The notes under the pieces: model-generated | What the model was told of the DNA's origin: nothing | The model's input: the letters and a program-made list of their open reading frames with translations, nothing else | Database searches by the model: none | From: a virus | Virus record (IMG/VR): IMGVR_UViG_3300050821_009430 | Location: 14,458-78,457 of that record | Length of the DNA: 64,000 bases | Strand: one strand, 5' to 3' | In this document: in pieces, positions 9,322-18,443 of the stretch | Layout: every line of letters starts with the position of its first letter | Numbering within the stretch: the first letter of the stretch is position 1 | Translations under genes and position numbers: made by a program

Positions 9322-9354
9322 TAGCCCCGCGCAAATGCGGGGCTACTTTCATTT
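9322..9354 (+). terminator. intrinsic terminator
   Basis: TAGCCCCGC-gcaaat-GCGGGGCTA followed by CTTTCATTT, 6 nt after the stop. Confidence 0.75.
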
Positions 9355-9684
9355 GCTTGTCCTGCATCTTCCTCTAGAGTCACCCACATCTAATCCCATC
9401 GTCGTTTTCCAGACGAACCAAGCCATAACCTCATCGGCTCATCGCCCGTGAAAACTCATCCAGTGATCTTCCAGAGGAAGGGTAAGGCCGTCGTCCAGAG
9501 CGGCCTAAATGGCTCATCTCACTGGTTCAGGAAGTAATGATTGGGTGTCTTCGGGAGGAGCTGAAGCCGTCGTCGCCGTTGGCCGCCAAGCGACGCGTCG
9601 GCGACGATAGCTCCTAAAGATCACCTTGTCAAGCCCCTAAACCTCATCCAGCATGATCCAGACAACCCCAATAATCAATAAACC

Positions 9685-9972
9685 TCATCGTCTAACCCTG
9701 TATACGGCTCCGCAGGAAGCATAAGCAGCAGCAAGCGTACGTCGCATGATCTCATCTGATTGGATCTTCCAACACACAGGGCAATAGGTGCGTCTGCATA
9801 TCAATAGCCGTGGTTCCTTACCATTCCATCCACCACCCCTCTTAGGCGCTCTTACCAGCATTACCTGCCTATGCTGCCCGCAAAACCACTCCCCCACCAT
9901 GGTGCGAAGTATCTCCTCAGAACCACGATAGAAAACTTCCACCTTTGCGCTTCGCACCATATAAAGCTTCAT
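9685..9972 (-). CDS. hypothetical protein
   Basis: 95 aa with CPVC; last gene of a leftward cluster. Confidence 0.45.
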   Translation of the reverse strand: MKLYMVRSAKVEVFYRGSEEILRTMVGEWFCGQHRQVMLVRAPKRGGGWNGKEPRLLICRRTYCPVCWKIQSDEIMRRTLAAAYASCGAVYRVRR

Positions 9973-10192
9973 TCTGGGCCTTCATGGCAACGTCCTGTTC
10001 CTTGAAAACATAATTTGCATACTCAAATTGAGTCCCCTGTTTCTTCACCCATACCTTGCCACCCCTAAGTTCCATCGTACCTTTGGCTTGTCCTTCTATG
10101 AATTTAGGCAATCCTATTGACTTATTGAGTGGTTCCCACCACTCAACCTTGGCAGTTAATGCGCCCAATAAATTGCCTAGATCATCCATCAT
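9917..10192 (-). CDS. hypothetical protein (LPxFIE..AKGxM motif)
   Basis: Motif shared with the two upstream ORFs. Confidence 0.55.
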   Translation of the reverse strand: MMDDLGNLLGALTAKVEWWEPLNKSIGLPKFIEGQAKGTMELRGGKVWVKKQGTQFEYANYVFKEQDVAMKAQNEALYGAKRKGGSFLSWF

Positions 10193-10245
10193 CCTGATCT
10201 ACCCCGCTCTTCGCCCTTACCCATCTTCCACCATAATCTGATTCT

Positions 10246-10503
10246 TCATATTATTGGTGTCTTCGTAGGATCATCTACAAAGTACCATTCAACCGGCTCA
10301 GGGCGGCCGCTGATCCCCGGCCTCCACTTTAATTTAACCTGACGGCTAACATGATTTAATCCAACGTCCCGCATGGTTTTTCTAGCTAAACCCTCAATAT
10401 ATTGAGGAATGGTAATCCCTGCTTTTGGCACCAACGGTATCCAAAAAGTGCCATCCGGGCGTGCCTGTGGCCTATTGCCCGGTGTTAGGATTGGAGCGAC
10501 CAT
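10246..10503 (-). CDS. hypothetical protein (IPQYIEGLARKTM motif)
   Basis: Motif shared with its neighbours. Confidence 0.55.
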   Translation of the reverse strand: MVAPILTPGNRPQARPDGTFWIPLVPKAGITIPQYIEGLARKTMRDVGLNHVSRQVKLKWRPGISGRPEPVEWYFVDDPTKTPII

Positions 10504-11149
10504 GATACTTCTTCATTCCTGTTCTACCCTGCTTGAGCAATATACTGATCTCATCCTTGCTCATAGTAGGTATCTTGGCCAACAATTCCCGCTTCTTGGG
10601 GCACCTTGGCCTTGATTGTTTGTTTATCTTCCTCATAAGGGCACAACAATTGGCCCTGGGCCTCTTGGTTTTAACGCCATCCGTCGTGATATAGCCAAGA
10701 ATAATAGCCAAAGCGGCTATCCGTCCATATTCATAGGGCGTTTTTGTAATGATCTTTTTAATGACAACCTCTGGATGGCCCCTGGTTTCGGATGCAGCCA
10801 TTTGCATCCTACCCTTGGCGCGCTCCTTGATGAACTCTGGAAGTGGAATTGTTCCACGGTCGCAAATCTCCCAATGCCACCTGATATGATGCTTCGTCTT
10901 GGTTGGCATCTGGGCCACTGCATCGCGCCATTTGGCGAACCAGTAATCTTTATCCCTCGTATCCCATTCGTGCTTGAGTGGAATGGCCATGCGTGGTGAG
11001 GCATTCTTGTTCAAACCTTTGAATGCCTGAATAGCTTCTTCCAGGGCATTTGCCGGTGTCAGGCAATGACGTTCACATGGTAAATTATCGTCTAGGGCCA
11101 TGAATGATCTTGGCCCGCTAAAATCCCAATATCTAACGTCATACCACAT
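10472..11149 (-). CDS. basic hypothetical protein (LPEFIKERAKGRM motif)
   Basis: 225-aa ORF; motif shared with the downstream ORFs. Confidence 0.6.
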   Translation of the reverse strand: MWYDVRYWDFSGPRSFMALDDNLPCERHCLTPANALEEAIQAFKGLNKNASPRMAIPLKHEWDTRDKDYWFAKWRDAVAQMPTKTKHHIRWHWEICDRGTIPLPEFIKERAKGRMQMAASETRGHPEVVIKKIITKTPYEYGRIAALAIILGYITTDGVKTKRPRANCCALMRKINKQSRPRCPKKRELLAKIPTMSKDEISILLKQGRTGMKKYHGRSNPNTGQ

Positions 11150-11641
11150 GGGGCCAGCCTAGCACTGAATGAACGAAGTTTCAGCCAAAACAAAGGACCC
11201 GCAGCTTTAGGGGCCACGGGTCCAACTTGCAGAACAGAATTACAAGGTAGTTTCCAAAGGTTTTCGGAATGGTTATGTTTTGGGTTTACTTCATGCCGTC
11301 GCTCTCCTGCGTAAGGGTTGATGTATGCTCAGGCAGTGCAGCAAATTTATGGGAGCGTTTCAAGCTTTTTATAAGAAAACGGCCCCGAAAGCGTGGAGCT
11401 CTCGGGGCCTCTATAAGTGGCTGTGGTGCCGTCCACTAAGGGGTTGCCATGACACCCCTCCGACCATGTGCCCGGAAAGCCACCGTTGTTTTCATCTGTG
11501 GGTCTTCAAACCCAGCACAACGGCTGGGGCATAAACTGAGTAAGAAGTGGCGTTCCACAGGGTATCTGAAAGAAGCGTGCCCATGAGCGGGGCTCTGGGG
11601 GAGGACGGGGGAAGTTGCAACCACCCACAGGCACGGTCAGC

Positions 11642-11685
11642 AACAAATCACAGGCTAAAAGAACTTTCAAGTAAAACTTACGATA
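11642..11685 (-). promoter_or_regulatory. leftward promoter with upstream TATCGT box
   Basis: TATCGT (11685-11680)-N9-TTGAAA (11670-11665)-N17-TTTGTT. Confidence 0.5.
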
Positions 11686-11749
11686 ACACTTCCTACATAT
11701 TCGTAAATCTGCCTGTTATATTCGTTTGCAATTTGCTTCAATCAGTTTG

Positions 11750-12340
11750 TGTGACCGGCAATCGCGTGGTTTAGTTGCGGTTTTGGCCGGTCACGTTTTG
11801 AAAGGGCGCTGATAACCCTTGCTGAGCCGCGCCAGTGAACTTGCGCGGCCTATGAACAATAACGGGCACACTTCAAACACCGCTAATCAATGGGCACCTA
11901 AAGCCCGCTGCACTTGATGGGAAGCTTATACAGATGCGCGCCCCACAATACGGCCAAGGCAACAAACGGGTGAAGCCGCCCGCGTTGCCGCGTGAGAATG
12001 CACTATTGGGCCGTGTGCAATTACCCCAACGTGAAAAACGCAAGTCACGCGAGGATAACAGGGTTGTGCATTGGGGTTTCGGCCGTGATTTTGGCCGTCA
12101 CCCGTGGGCCGAGCATCACTAAGCGGCAAGCGGCAGTAAAGAAATAACCCGTACCCCTACCGGGCCGCCTGAAACAGGGCGAGCGGTTTAACGTGAGCCT
12201 TTAGGCTCATAGTTAGCTGCGTCACGGGGCTACAAGCCAATTGCATGCCTTTGCTGCCCTGGCGCTCACTGTTGTGCACTACGCATGATTTGCAAGGCCA
12301 TAACGCAAGCTTGGCTGACTACAGCCCATACGTAAAATTC
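11750..12340 (+). ncRNA. candidate structured non-coding RNA / leader
   Basis: Series of stems: 11751-59/11786-94, 11802-06/11816-20, 11826-32/11843-49, 12194-200/12203-09; no convincing ORF. Confidence 0.35.
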
Positions 12341-12451
12341 CCAAGGGTTCCACGCCTTGGGCCGGGCGTTCCCCGCGTCATACTTGGGTGTATCTTTTCT
12401 TGTATGCCAAGCTTTTGTTCTCCTTGCTGAAAGCGCACCAATAACTGTATG

Positions 12452-12495
12452 TATCGTTTACTTGACTTAAACTGAATAAGAAACCGCGTTTTGAT
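12452..12495 (+). promoter_or_regulatory. early-operon promoter with upstream TATCGTTTA box
   Basis: TATCGTTTA (12452-60) then CTTGAC/TTAAAC-N17-TTTGAT; hairpin 12569-12593 in the leader. Confidence 0.5.
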
Positions 12496-12627
12496 CTCAT
12501 GCCGCGCAACCTTTGCTATGGCAGCACCGCAAACAAGGCTTGAAACCAACAACACACACAATCTATTGGGCCGGGCGCTCGAAGTGCCCGGCCTGTTAGT
12601 CAATTTTGACAAGAAGGAGATTTAGCT

Positions 12628-13170
12628 ATGTCAACCCGCGCATTATACACCTTCAAAGGGGATGAAGGAAGCTTCAACGTCTACAAACATCATGACGGGT
12701 ATCCATCCGGCGCAGCGCAAACGCTGAAGACAGCCATTGATTGGTTTGCGTGGCAGTTGCCACGCTTTGAAGCCGATGAATTTGCGGCGGCTTTCTGTGC
12801 CGCCGGGAAAATTGGCTGGGTTAGAACGGCTAAAGAAATAGCCGAATGGGCACGGGAACACGGCCCCACAAGTTCTACCCGTGCATGGGTTGGCGGTGGC
12901 GTCCGTTTGATGCCTGCCGGTGATCCTACGGCAGTCGCTCTCGCAAACTGTAGCGATATTGAATATCGTTACGAAATCACAGTTGGCACACCACTCCCCA
13001 AAGCCATTGAAGGTATTGCCCGCAAGAAGCCGGTTGCGCCGGAACTGTTAATCAGAGCCTTCAAAGGAAATTGGTGGGATTCAAAAGCCGAAGAAAACGA
13101 AATCTTTAATGGCACATTCACTCGCTTCCATCTTTGGGCGCTTAAGAAAGACAAAGTTAGAGTAACTTGA
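12628..13170 (+). CDS. conserved phage early protein
   Basis: MSTRA...YKHHDGYPSG...DIEYRYEI family signature; SD AAGGAG. Confidence 0.75.
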   Translation: MSTRALYTFKGDEGSFNVYKHHDGYPSGAAQTLKTAIDWFAWQLPRFEADEFAAAFCAAGKIGWVRTAKEIAEWAREHGPTSSTRAWVGGGVRLMPAGDPTAVALANCSDIEYRYEITVGTPLPKAIEGIARKKPVAPELLIRAFKGNWWDSKAEENEIFNGTFTRFHLWALKKDKVRVT

Positions 13171-13415
13171 TCATGCCCGAAACCATTCATTTGCACTGGC
13201 TCTTTGCGGTTCCTGGGTGCACTGGAGGTGTAGCTGGTTTACGCGGGGTTACGCTCGGCACATCTATCTGTGGCAAATACAATTTACCGCGTAACGAACT
13301 GACGGCGTTTATAGACGATGCCACCTGTGAACGCTGTCTAGAGATAGCAGATCAACCACCGAAGCCTCAACGGATGCCCCGTGAAAGGCTTCTCAAAAAA
13401 GGAACTTGGCTATGA
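13167..13415 (+). CDS. small Cys-containing hypothetical protein
   Basis: SICG...TCERC; overlaps both neighbours. Confidence 0.5.
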   Translation: MIMPETIHLHWLFAVPGCTGGVAGLRGVTLGTSICGKYNLPRNELTAFIDDATCERCLEIADQPPKPQRMPRERLLKKGTWL

Positions 13416-14287
13416 AACTCTCAGAGAGAGCTATGCTCTCAACACTTCATCGAGGCATGTGGTCAGGATCAAAGCACGACCAGCAAGTCACCGAAGATAC
13501 CGCCGAGGCGCATAAGGTCGATACCAAAGAAGCCGGGCGCTACAGCAAGCAACTCATCTCACGTAAGTTCCTGTCCAAAGTTGCCAGCAAGATGACAGTA
13601 GCGCGTCAGACCCACCGCATTCTCACGTTGCCTTGGGATGACGAAGGGACGCGCATCCTGAGCGCCCAAGGCTACCTGCACTATACGCAAGTCATGCGAA
13701 CCTGCCGTTTGGGTGTTGAAAGCGCTGCCGGTGAGTTCTTGAAGAACTATCCGGATCATATCCGGGTAGCCAAAACCCTGTTGGGCAATATGTTCAACAG
13801 TGAAGATTATCCTTCCGCTGAAGAACTTAAGAAAAAGTTTTATCTCGACGTTGAGATAAAGCCAATTCCAGAAGCCGGTGACTTCCGCACCAAGCTTGCC
13901 AACAACACCGTAAAGGCCATAGCGGACGACATTGAGCGCCGCACCAACGAGCGCATTGAAGCCGCAGTCAAGGATGTGTTCCAACGCATCGTTGACGTGA
14001 CGGGCAAGATGGCTGAACGGCTTGGCAGCTACGAACCGTCACAGGGGGAAGGGAAAGCCAGCGGGTTGTTCCGCGATAGTCTTATCTATAATGTTAAAGA
14101 ATTGGCTGACCTGTTGCCATCTCTCAATATTGTGGATGACCCACGGTTGGATGGCTTAGCCAAGCAGTTGAATGCTGATCTTGTGCAGCACTCGCCTGAG
14201 ATACTTCGAACTGACGCCAAGATCAGGAAGCAAACGGCTCTGAAAGCCGATAAAATATTCAAGAAGGTAAGCACTTATCTTGCTTAA
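13412..14287 (+). CDS. DUF3150-like helical protein of the AAA/VWA module
   Basis: TLPWDD.GTRIL, LGNMFNSEDYP, FRDSL, LNIVDDPRL; a family usually linked to MoxR-AAA/VWA genes in phages. Confidence 0.65.
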   Translation: MKLSERAMLSTLHRGMWSGSKHDQQVTEDTAEAHKVDTKEAGRYSKQLISRKFLSKVASKMTVARQTHRILTLPWDDEGTRILSAQGYLHYTQVMRTCRLGVESAAGEFLKNYPDHIRVAKTLLGNMFNSEDYPSAEELKKKFYLDVEIKPIPEAGDFRTKLANNTVKAIADDIERRTNERIEAAVKDVFQRIVDVTGKMAERLGSYEPSQGEGKASGLFRDSLIYNVKELADLLPSLNIVDDPRLDGLAKQLNADLVQHSPEILRTDAKIRKQTALKADKIFKKVSTYLA

Positions 14288-14321
14288 GCAACCCCAACCC
14301 CGCACTAAAGGATATTTAGAT

Positions 14322-14723
14322 ATGGGCCTAGATATGTACCTACGCGGTGAGAAGTTCTTTTGGACTGATTGGGAAAAGCCTGCGAACAACCGCATGGAAG
14401 ATAGCTTCAAAGTCAGCTCTCTAGAACTTGAATTGGGCTACTGGCGCAAGCATCCAAATCTGCATGGTTATATTGTCCAAACCTTTGCGGGTGGCAAGGA
14501 TGAATGCCAAAAGATAGAGTTGGATCAAAACCGGCTCCACCAATTGGTGGTGGCTATACGGGAAAACCAACTGCCACTCACCGAAGGATTTTTCTTTGGT
14601 GTCAGTGAGAAGTCCAAAAAGCAGGATGCGGAAGATCTTGGGATTCTTGCCAAGGCCATTGCTTGGCTTGGCACAGAAGAAAAAGGTGTCTCCCGAACTG
14701 TTTACTACCATGCTTCTTGGTAA
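14322..14723 (+). CDS. conserved phage protein (MGLDMY / YWRK / GFFFG family)
   Basis: MGLDMYL...YWRKHPNLHG...LPLTEGFFFG...YYHASW. Confidence 0.75.
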   Translation: MGLDMYLRGEKFFWTDWEKPANNRMEDSFKVSSLELELGYWRKHPNLHGYIVQTFAGGKDECQKIELDQNRLHQLVVAIRENQLPLTEGFFFGVSEKSKKQDAEDLGILAKAIAWLGTEEKGVSRTVYYHASW

Positions 14724-14754
14724 ATCACCACTCTAACCCAAAGGAAACTAAGCT

Positions 14755-15747
14755 ATGACTGAGACAATCAAAACAGCCCGTGATCTTTGCAAGTTCTATA
14801 TGGGTCAGAATATTCCTGTCCTTGTTAGTGGGCCGCCCGGCGTCGGCAAGAGCGATATGTGGCTGCAAATTGCCCAAGAGACGAACCGTGGCTTCATCGA
14901 TCTGCGCTTGGGTATGATGGACCCGACCGACCTTCTTGGCTTGCCAAGCGTTCACGAGGGCACCACGCGGTGGAACCGCCCGGCATGGTTCCCGGATGAG
15001 AAACGGGATGGCAAACAAGGCATCATCTTATTTGACGAGATTGCCGATATTGGCCGTGCCATGCAAAGCGCAGCCTATCAGTTGATCCTTAACGGCAGGG
15101 CTGGCCCGCATGTTCTTGGCGATGGATGGTACCGTTGCGCGGCAGGCAACCGACGCGAGGACCGTGCCGCCGCACAGGCCATGTCTACGGCATTGGCGAA
15201 CCGTTTCGCCCACATTGACATTGTGTCGGATGTGGATGCTTTCATTGAGTGGTGCAACAGGAACGATATTGACCCGCTAATCCCCGGTTTTATCCGGTTC
15301 AGGCCAAACCTGTTGCACAGCATGGAGGGGGCTGATCTCAGAGCCTTCCCTACCCCCCGTGCCTGGGCACGCGTCGCCAAATGTGTGCAAGCAGATGCCT
15401 CAATGCGCTTCCGTTTGGTGCAAGGCTTGGTAGGGGAAGGCCCTGCCGGCGAATTTGAGGTCTACATGCGTGGCCTTGACCTGCCATCGCTGGAAGACAT
15501 CCTGGCCGATCCGAAGCGTTGCCCCATCCCCAAATCGCCCTCGAGTAAATATGCCCTAAGCTCCATGCTGGCGCGCTACGCCAAGCGTGACAACTTCGGC
15601 AAGATTGTCACCTACATTTCACGGCCTGATTTTGGCCGTGATTTTGAGACCGTGACAGCATTGGATGCCACCAAGCGGGATTCGTCACTGTGCGATACCA
15701 AAGCCTGGATTGAGTGGGCCAATAGAAACAATGATCTTCATCTGTGA
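14755..15747 (+). CDS. MoxR/AAA_5-like AAA+ ATPase
   Basis: Walker A GPPGVGKS, DLLGLP, Walker B ILFDE, AAGN, ALANRF, FPTPRAW. Confidence 0.88.
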   Translation: MTETIKTARDLCKFYMGQNIPVLVSGPPGVGKSDMWLQIAQETNRGFIDLRLGMMDPTDLLGLPSVHEGTTRWNRPAWFPDEKRDGKQGIILFDEIADIGRAMQSAAYQLILNGRAGPHVLGDGWYRCAAGNRREDRAAAQAMSTALANRFAHIDIVSDVDAFIEWCNRNDIDPLIPGFIRFRPNLLHSMEGADLRAFPTPRAWARVAKCVQADASMRFRLVQGLVGEGPAGEFEVYMRGLDLPSLEDILADPKRCPIPKSPSSKYALSSMLARYAKRDNFGKIVTYISRPDFGRDFETVTALDATKRDSSLCDTKAWIEWANRNNDLHL

Positions 15748-15756
15748 GGTTCAGCC

Positions 15757-15957
15757 ATGCAATGCTCAGAATGTCGCTTTTTTAAGGGACCAACCCCCAG
15801 GACTGATCGCGGTGGTTACTGCCACCGCTTCCCACCACAAATAATCTATGAAAGCTACAACAACGAAAATCACGGTCAAATCACTCAGCATTTCCCTTGG
15901 ATGGAAAATACTGAATGGTGTGGCGAGTTCCGTTCAATGGTAGACCCAAGGATATAA
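15757..15957 (+). CDS. small Cys-rich phage protein
   Basis: CSECRFF...CHRFPP...FP.....WCGEF family pattern. Confidence 0.7.
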   Translation: MQCSECRFFKGPTPRTDRGGYCHRFPPQIIYESYNNENHGQITQHFPWMENTEWCGEFRSMVDPRI

Positions 15958-15958
15958 A

Positions 15959-16162
15959 ATGAGCGAGCCAAAGTATCCAGATATCAAAGTCAAGCTCGTG
16001 GGTAACAACGGCAACGCTTTTGCTGTTCTTGCCAACGTGGCCGGGGCCTTGAAGAAGGCCAAGGTGCCTACCGAGGAAGTGGCCAAGTTCTATCAGGAAG
16101 CCACGGGCGGCAATTACGATCACCTTTTAGCAACCTGCATGAAATGGGTGGATGTATCATGA
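15959..16162 (+). CDS. conserved small phage protein
   Basis: VKLVGNNGNAFAVL...EATGGNYDHLLATCMKWV signature. Confidence 0.75.
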   Translation: MSEPKYPDIKVKLVGNNGNAFAVLANVAGALKKAKVPTEEVAKFYQEATGGNYDHLLATCMKWVDVS

Positions 16163-16503
16163 AGCTTGTCACACAAACCGATCTTGAAGACCTTGCTCTG
16201 CTGCTGGAAGACCTTGTCAAGCGGTTGCCCAAGATGAAGCGTGAGGAACGCATTGACGTGGCCGCGCGTGTTCGCACCGCAGCCAAGCATCTTGAAGCCA
16301 TAGATAAAATAGTCAAGGACGAAGTCAAGGAAGTGCGAAAAGGTAAGGAAGGCTACGTCAACGGCGAAACCTGGAAGGCCAAGCTCTCACTGGTGTCGGT
16401 CACACGTCTGGATCAGAAAGCCCTCAAGGAAGTCAAACCCAATATCTGGAATGAATTTGCCAAGGACAATGAGGATCAGCGCGTCTCATTTGAGCCACGA
16501 TAA
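16159..16503 (+). CDS. hypothetical protein
   Basis: ATGA-coupled; TRLDQKALKE..P motif of small phage proteins. Confidence 0.6.
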   Translation: MKLVTQTDLEDLALLLEDLVKRLPKMKREERIDVAARVRTAAKHLEAIDKIVKDEVKEVRKGKEGYVNGETWKAKLSLVSVTRLDQKALKEVKPNIWNEFAKDNEDQRVSFEPR

Positions 16504-16515
16504 GGGAGAAGGACC

Positions 16516-17727
16516 ATGGTCAACAAAAAAGCATTTGATGCTGTTATACGAGCACGTACCATTTTAGTGGTAGGGCAACCTTTTTTCGGCACGCTCGCCC
16601 TGCATCTGAATGTAGTGGAGGTTACCAATCCGGCTCAGGTCAATACCATGGCCGTGGACGGCGTGAACCTCTATTTCTATGCACCGTTTGTTCTTGGGCT
16701 GAGTGAAGAGGAAATTGTTGGTGTCATTGCCCACGAAACGATGCACTGCGCCTATAGCCACTTCTCGAGACGTGGGCACCGCGATGCCCGCAAGTTCAAT
16801 ATTGCCGGTGACTTTAGAATTAACGACGACCTGAGAAAAGTTCCATTTACATTGCCAATGAAGCCAATCAATCTCAAACAATTGATGGCCGGCGAACAGG
16901 GTCATTTGTACGATCCCCAATTTGCCAATATGAGCACCGAAGAGATCTATGAAAAGATACCTGACCCGCCGCAAGCCCCGCAAGGGGGCAGGGGGCTTGA
17001 TGACGGCGGCTGTGGGGCCGTGCTTGATGCAGGCAGTGGCGCGGCTGATGGCCCTGACAAGGCCAGTGCTGAGCAAATAGCCCATGAATGGCAGGCTAAC
17101 GTGCGTATGGCTGTCAGCGTGGCCCGTGCCGCCAATGCGGGCAGCACACCGGGCTACCTTGAGCGGCTAGTCACGCAATTGAAGCGCCCCAAGGTTTCAT
17201 GGCGTGACCTGACCCGGCAGTTCATTGACCAGTCAATGACCACTGATTACAGCTACCGCAAGCCTAACCGCCGTCACATTGCCAGCGGTTTGATCCTGCC
17301 CGGCAGCGTGCCCGATGCTTTGCACGAACTGGTCATGTTCGTTGACTGCTCAGGCAGTATCAGCGACGAAATGATGCACAGTTATGTCAGCGAAGTGGCC
17401 GGTGCATTGGACGACGGAACAGCCGATAAGCTGTGGGTTGTCTACGCCGATGACGGGGTGCGGCATGTGGACGAGTACATGCCGGGTGACGTCGTGAAGT
17501 GCAAAACACTTGGGGCCGGTGGTACTAACTTCGATGACAGCTTCAAATGGCTTGTGAAGAATGCCCCCGATGCCGCCTGCGCTATTTACCTCACCGACAT
17601 GGAAACTGGATCGTTCGGCCAGGACCCCGGTATCCCAACTATGTGGGGGTGCTATTCGACCGAAGAAAGACTAAAATCAATCAAGCCACCATTCGGAACT
17701 CTTATCTTGGTGGAAGGCCCTCACTAA
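16516..17727 (+). CDS. DUF2201-like metallopeptidase + VWA domain protein
   Basis: TMAVDG, HETMH (HExxH), MIDAS VDCSGS, GGTNF, YLTD. Confidence 0.88.
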   Translation: MVNKKAFDAVIRARTILVVGQPFFGTLALHLNVVEVTNPAQVNTMAVDGVNLYFYAPFVLGLSEEEIVGVIAHETMHCAYSHFSRRGHRDARKFNIAGDFRINDDLRKVPFTLPMKPINLKQLMAGEQGHLYDPQFANMSTEEIYEKIPDPPQAPQGGRGLDDGGCGAVLDAGSGAADGPDKASAEQIAHEWQANVRMAVSVARAANAGSTPGYLERLVTQLKRPKVSWRDLTRQFIDQSMTTDYSYRKPNRRHIASGLILPGSVPDALHELVMFVDCSGSISDEMMHSYVSEVAGALDDGTADKLWVVYADDGVRHVDEYMPGDVVKCKTLGAGGTNFDDSFKWLVKNAPDAACAIYLTDMETGSFGQDPGIPTMWGCYSTEERLKSIKPPFGTLILVEGPH

Positions 17728-18382
17728 CATGTATCCATGCAGTCCGTTTCCATATTGCATAAATTGCAGTAACAGATATTCCAAATTCCTGCGCTAACAT
17801 AGGTCCACTCTTTTTACTCATATAAATATATCTAACCTGATTAAGCGTCAATTTAATATTTTGACGGGTTTTCTTATCTTTGTGGTAAGTATGATAACCT
17901 TGAACACATGCAGTGCCGTTCGGGCATTTACATTTACTGCCAAGTTTTAATTTTCTGGTTTCCCGCTTCCAAATTTGTTTAGTTCGAATATCATAAATCG
18001 TGTCATAACTTACCCCATATTGGGTGCTTAATTTTCTCATACATGCGTTTTTGGCTATAAAAATTTCCTTCACTTTTTTAGTGGTCAAAATGTTTCCACC
18101 AGAAGATTCGCCGTGTACTTGAGAACCATTAACAATTCTATCTTTGCTATTCTGTTCATGAAGAATGCACTCAACATTCCAAGGGGCATAAGGGCCTTTG
18201 TCGCCCTTGCGGGCCATCACATATCGGCCCCGTCCCCGCCCACGTTTCTTCATCCAATTATAGCCTAAATGATCCTCCCACCACTCAACCCATTCTTCAA
18301 AAGTAAATTTCCATACTATATTTCGTTCAAAAGCGGTTTGCCGTTGTTCTCTAAAACGTTGTTTTACTAAGTTAATACCCAT
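17702..18382 (-). CDS. HNH-type homing endonuclease with C-terminal HTH repeats
   Basis: WKFTFEEWVEWW, MARKGDKGPYAPWNVECILHEQN, two L...YGVS..TI..I HTHs; AT-rich and antisense; SD GAGG before ATG 18382. Confidence 0.8.
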   Translation of the reverse strand: MGINLVKQRFREQRQTAFERNIVWKFTFEEWVEWWEDHLGYNWMKKRGRGRGRYVMARKGDKGPYAPWNVECILHEQNSKDRIVNGSQVHGESSGGNILTTKKVKEIFIAKNACMRKLSTQYGVSYDTIYDIRTKQIWKRETRKLKLGSKCKCPNGTACVQGYHTYHKDKKTRQNIKLTLNQVRYIYMSKKSGPMLAQEFGISVTAIYAIWKRTAWIHVSEGLPPR

Positions 18383-18443
18383 CTTGCTTTCCTCACCGTA
18401 AATTAGTATAGTTACTATACCTATAGGCCATAGGAGGCAATAC

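Noticed and set aside
12086-12098. 13-mer TGATTTTGGCCGT also present at 15627-15639 (possible template/target pair)
   Set aside because: A single short match with no RT or array; chance is plausible in 64 kb.
14322-14723. 'Phosphoglycerate kinase' label often attached to this family
   Set aside because: Only 133 aa and no PGK motifs.
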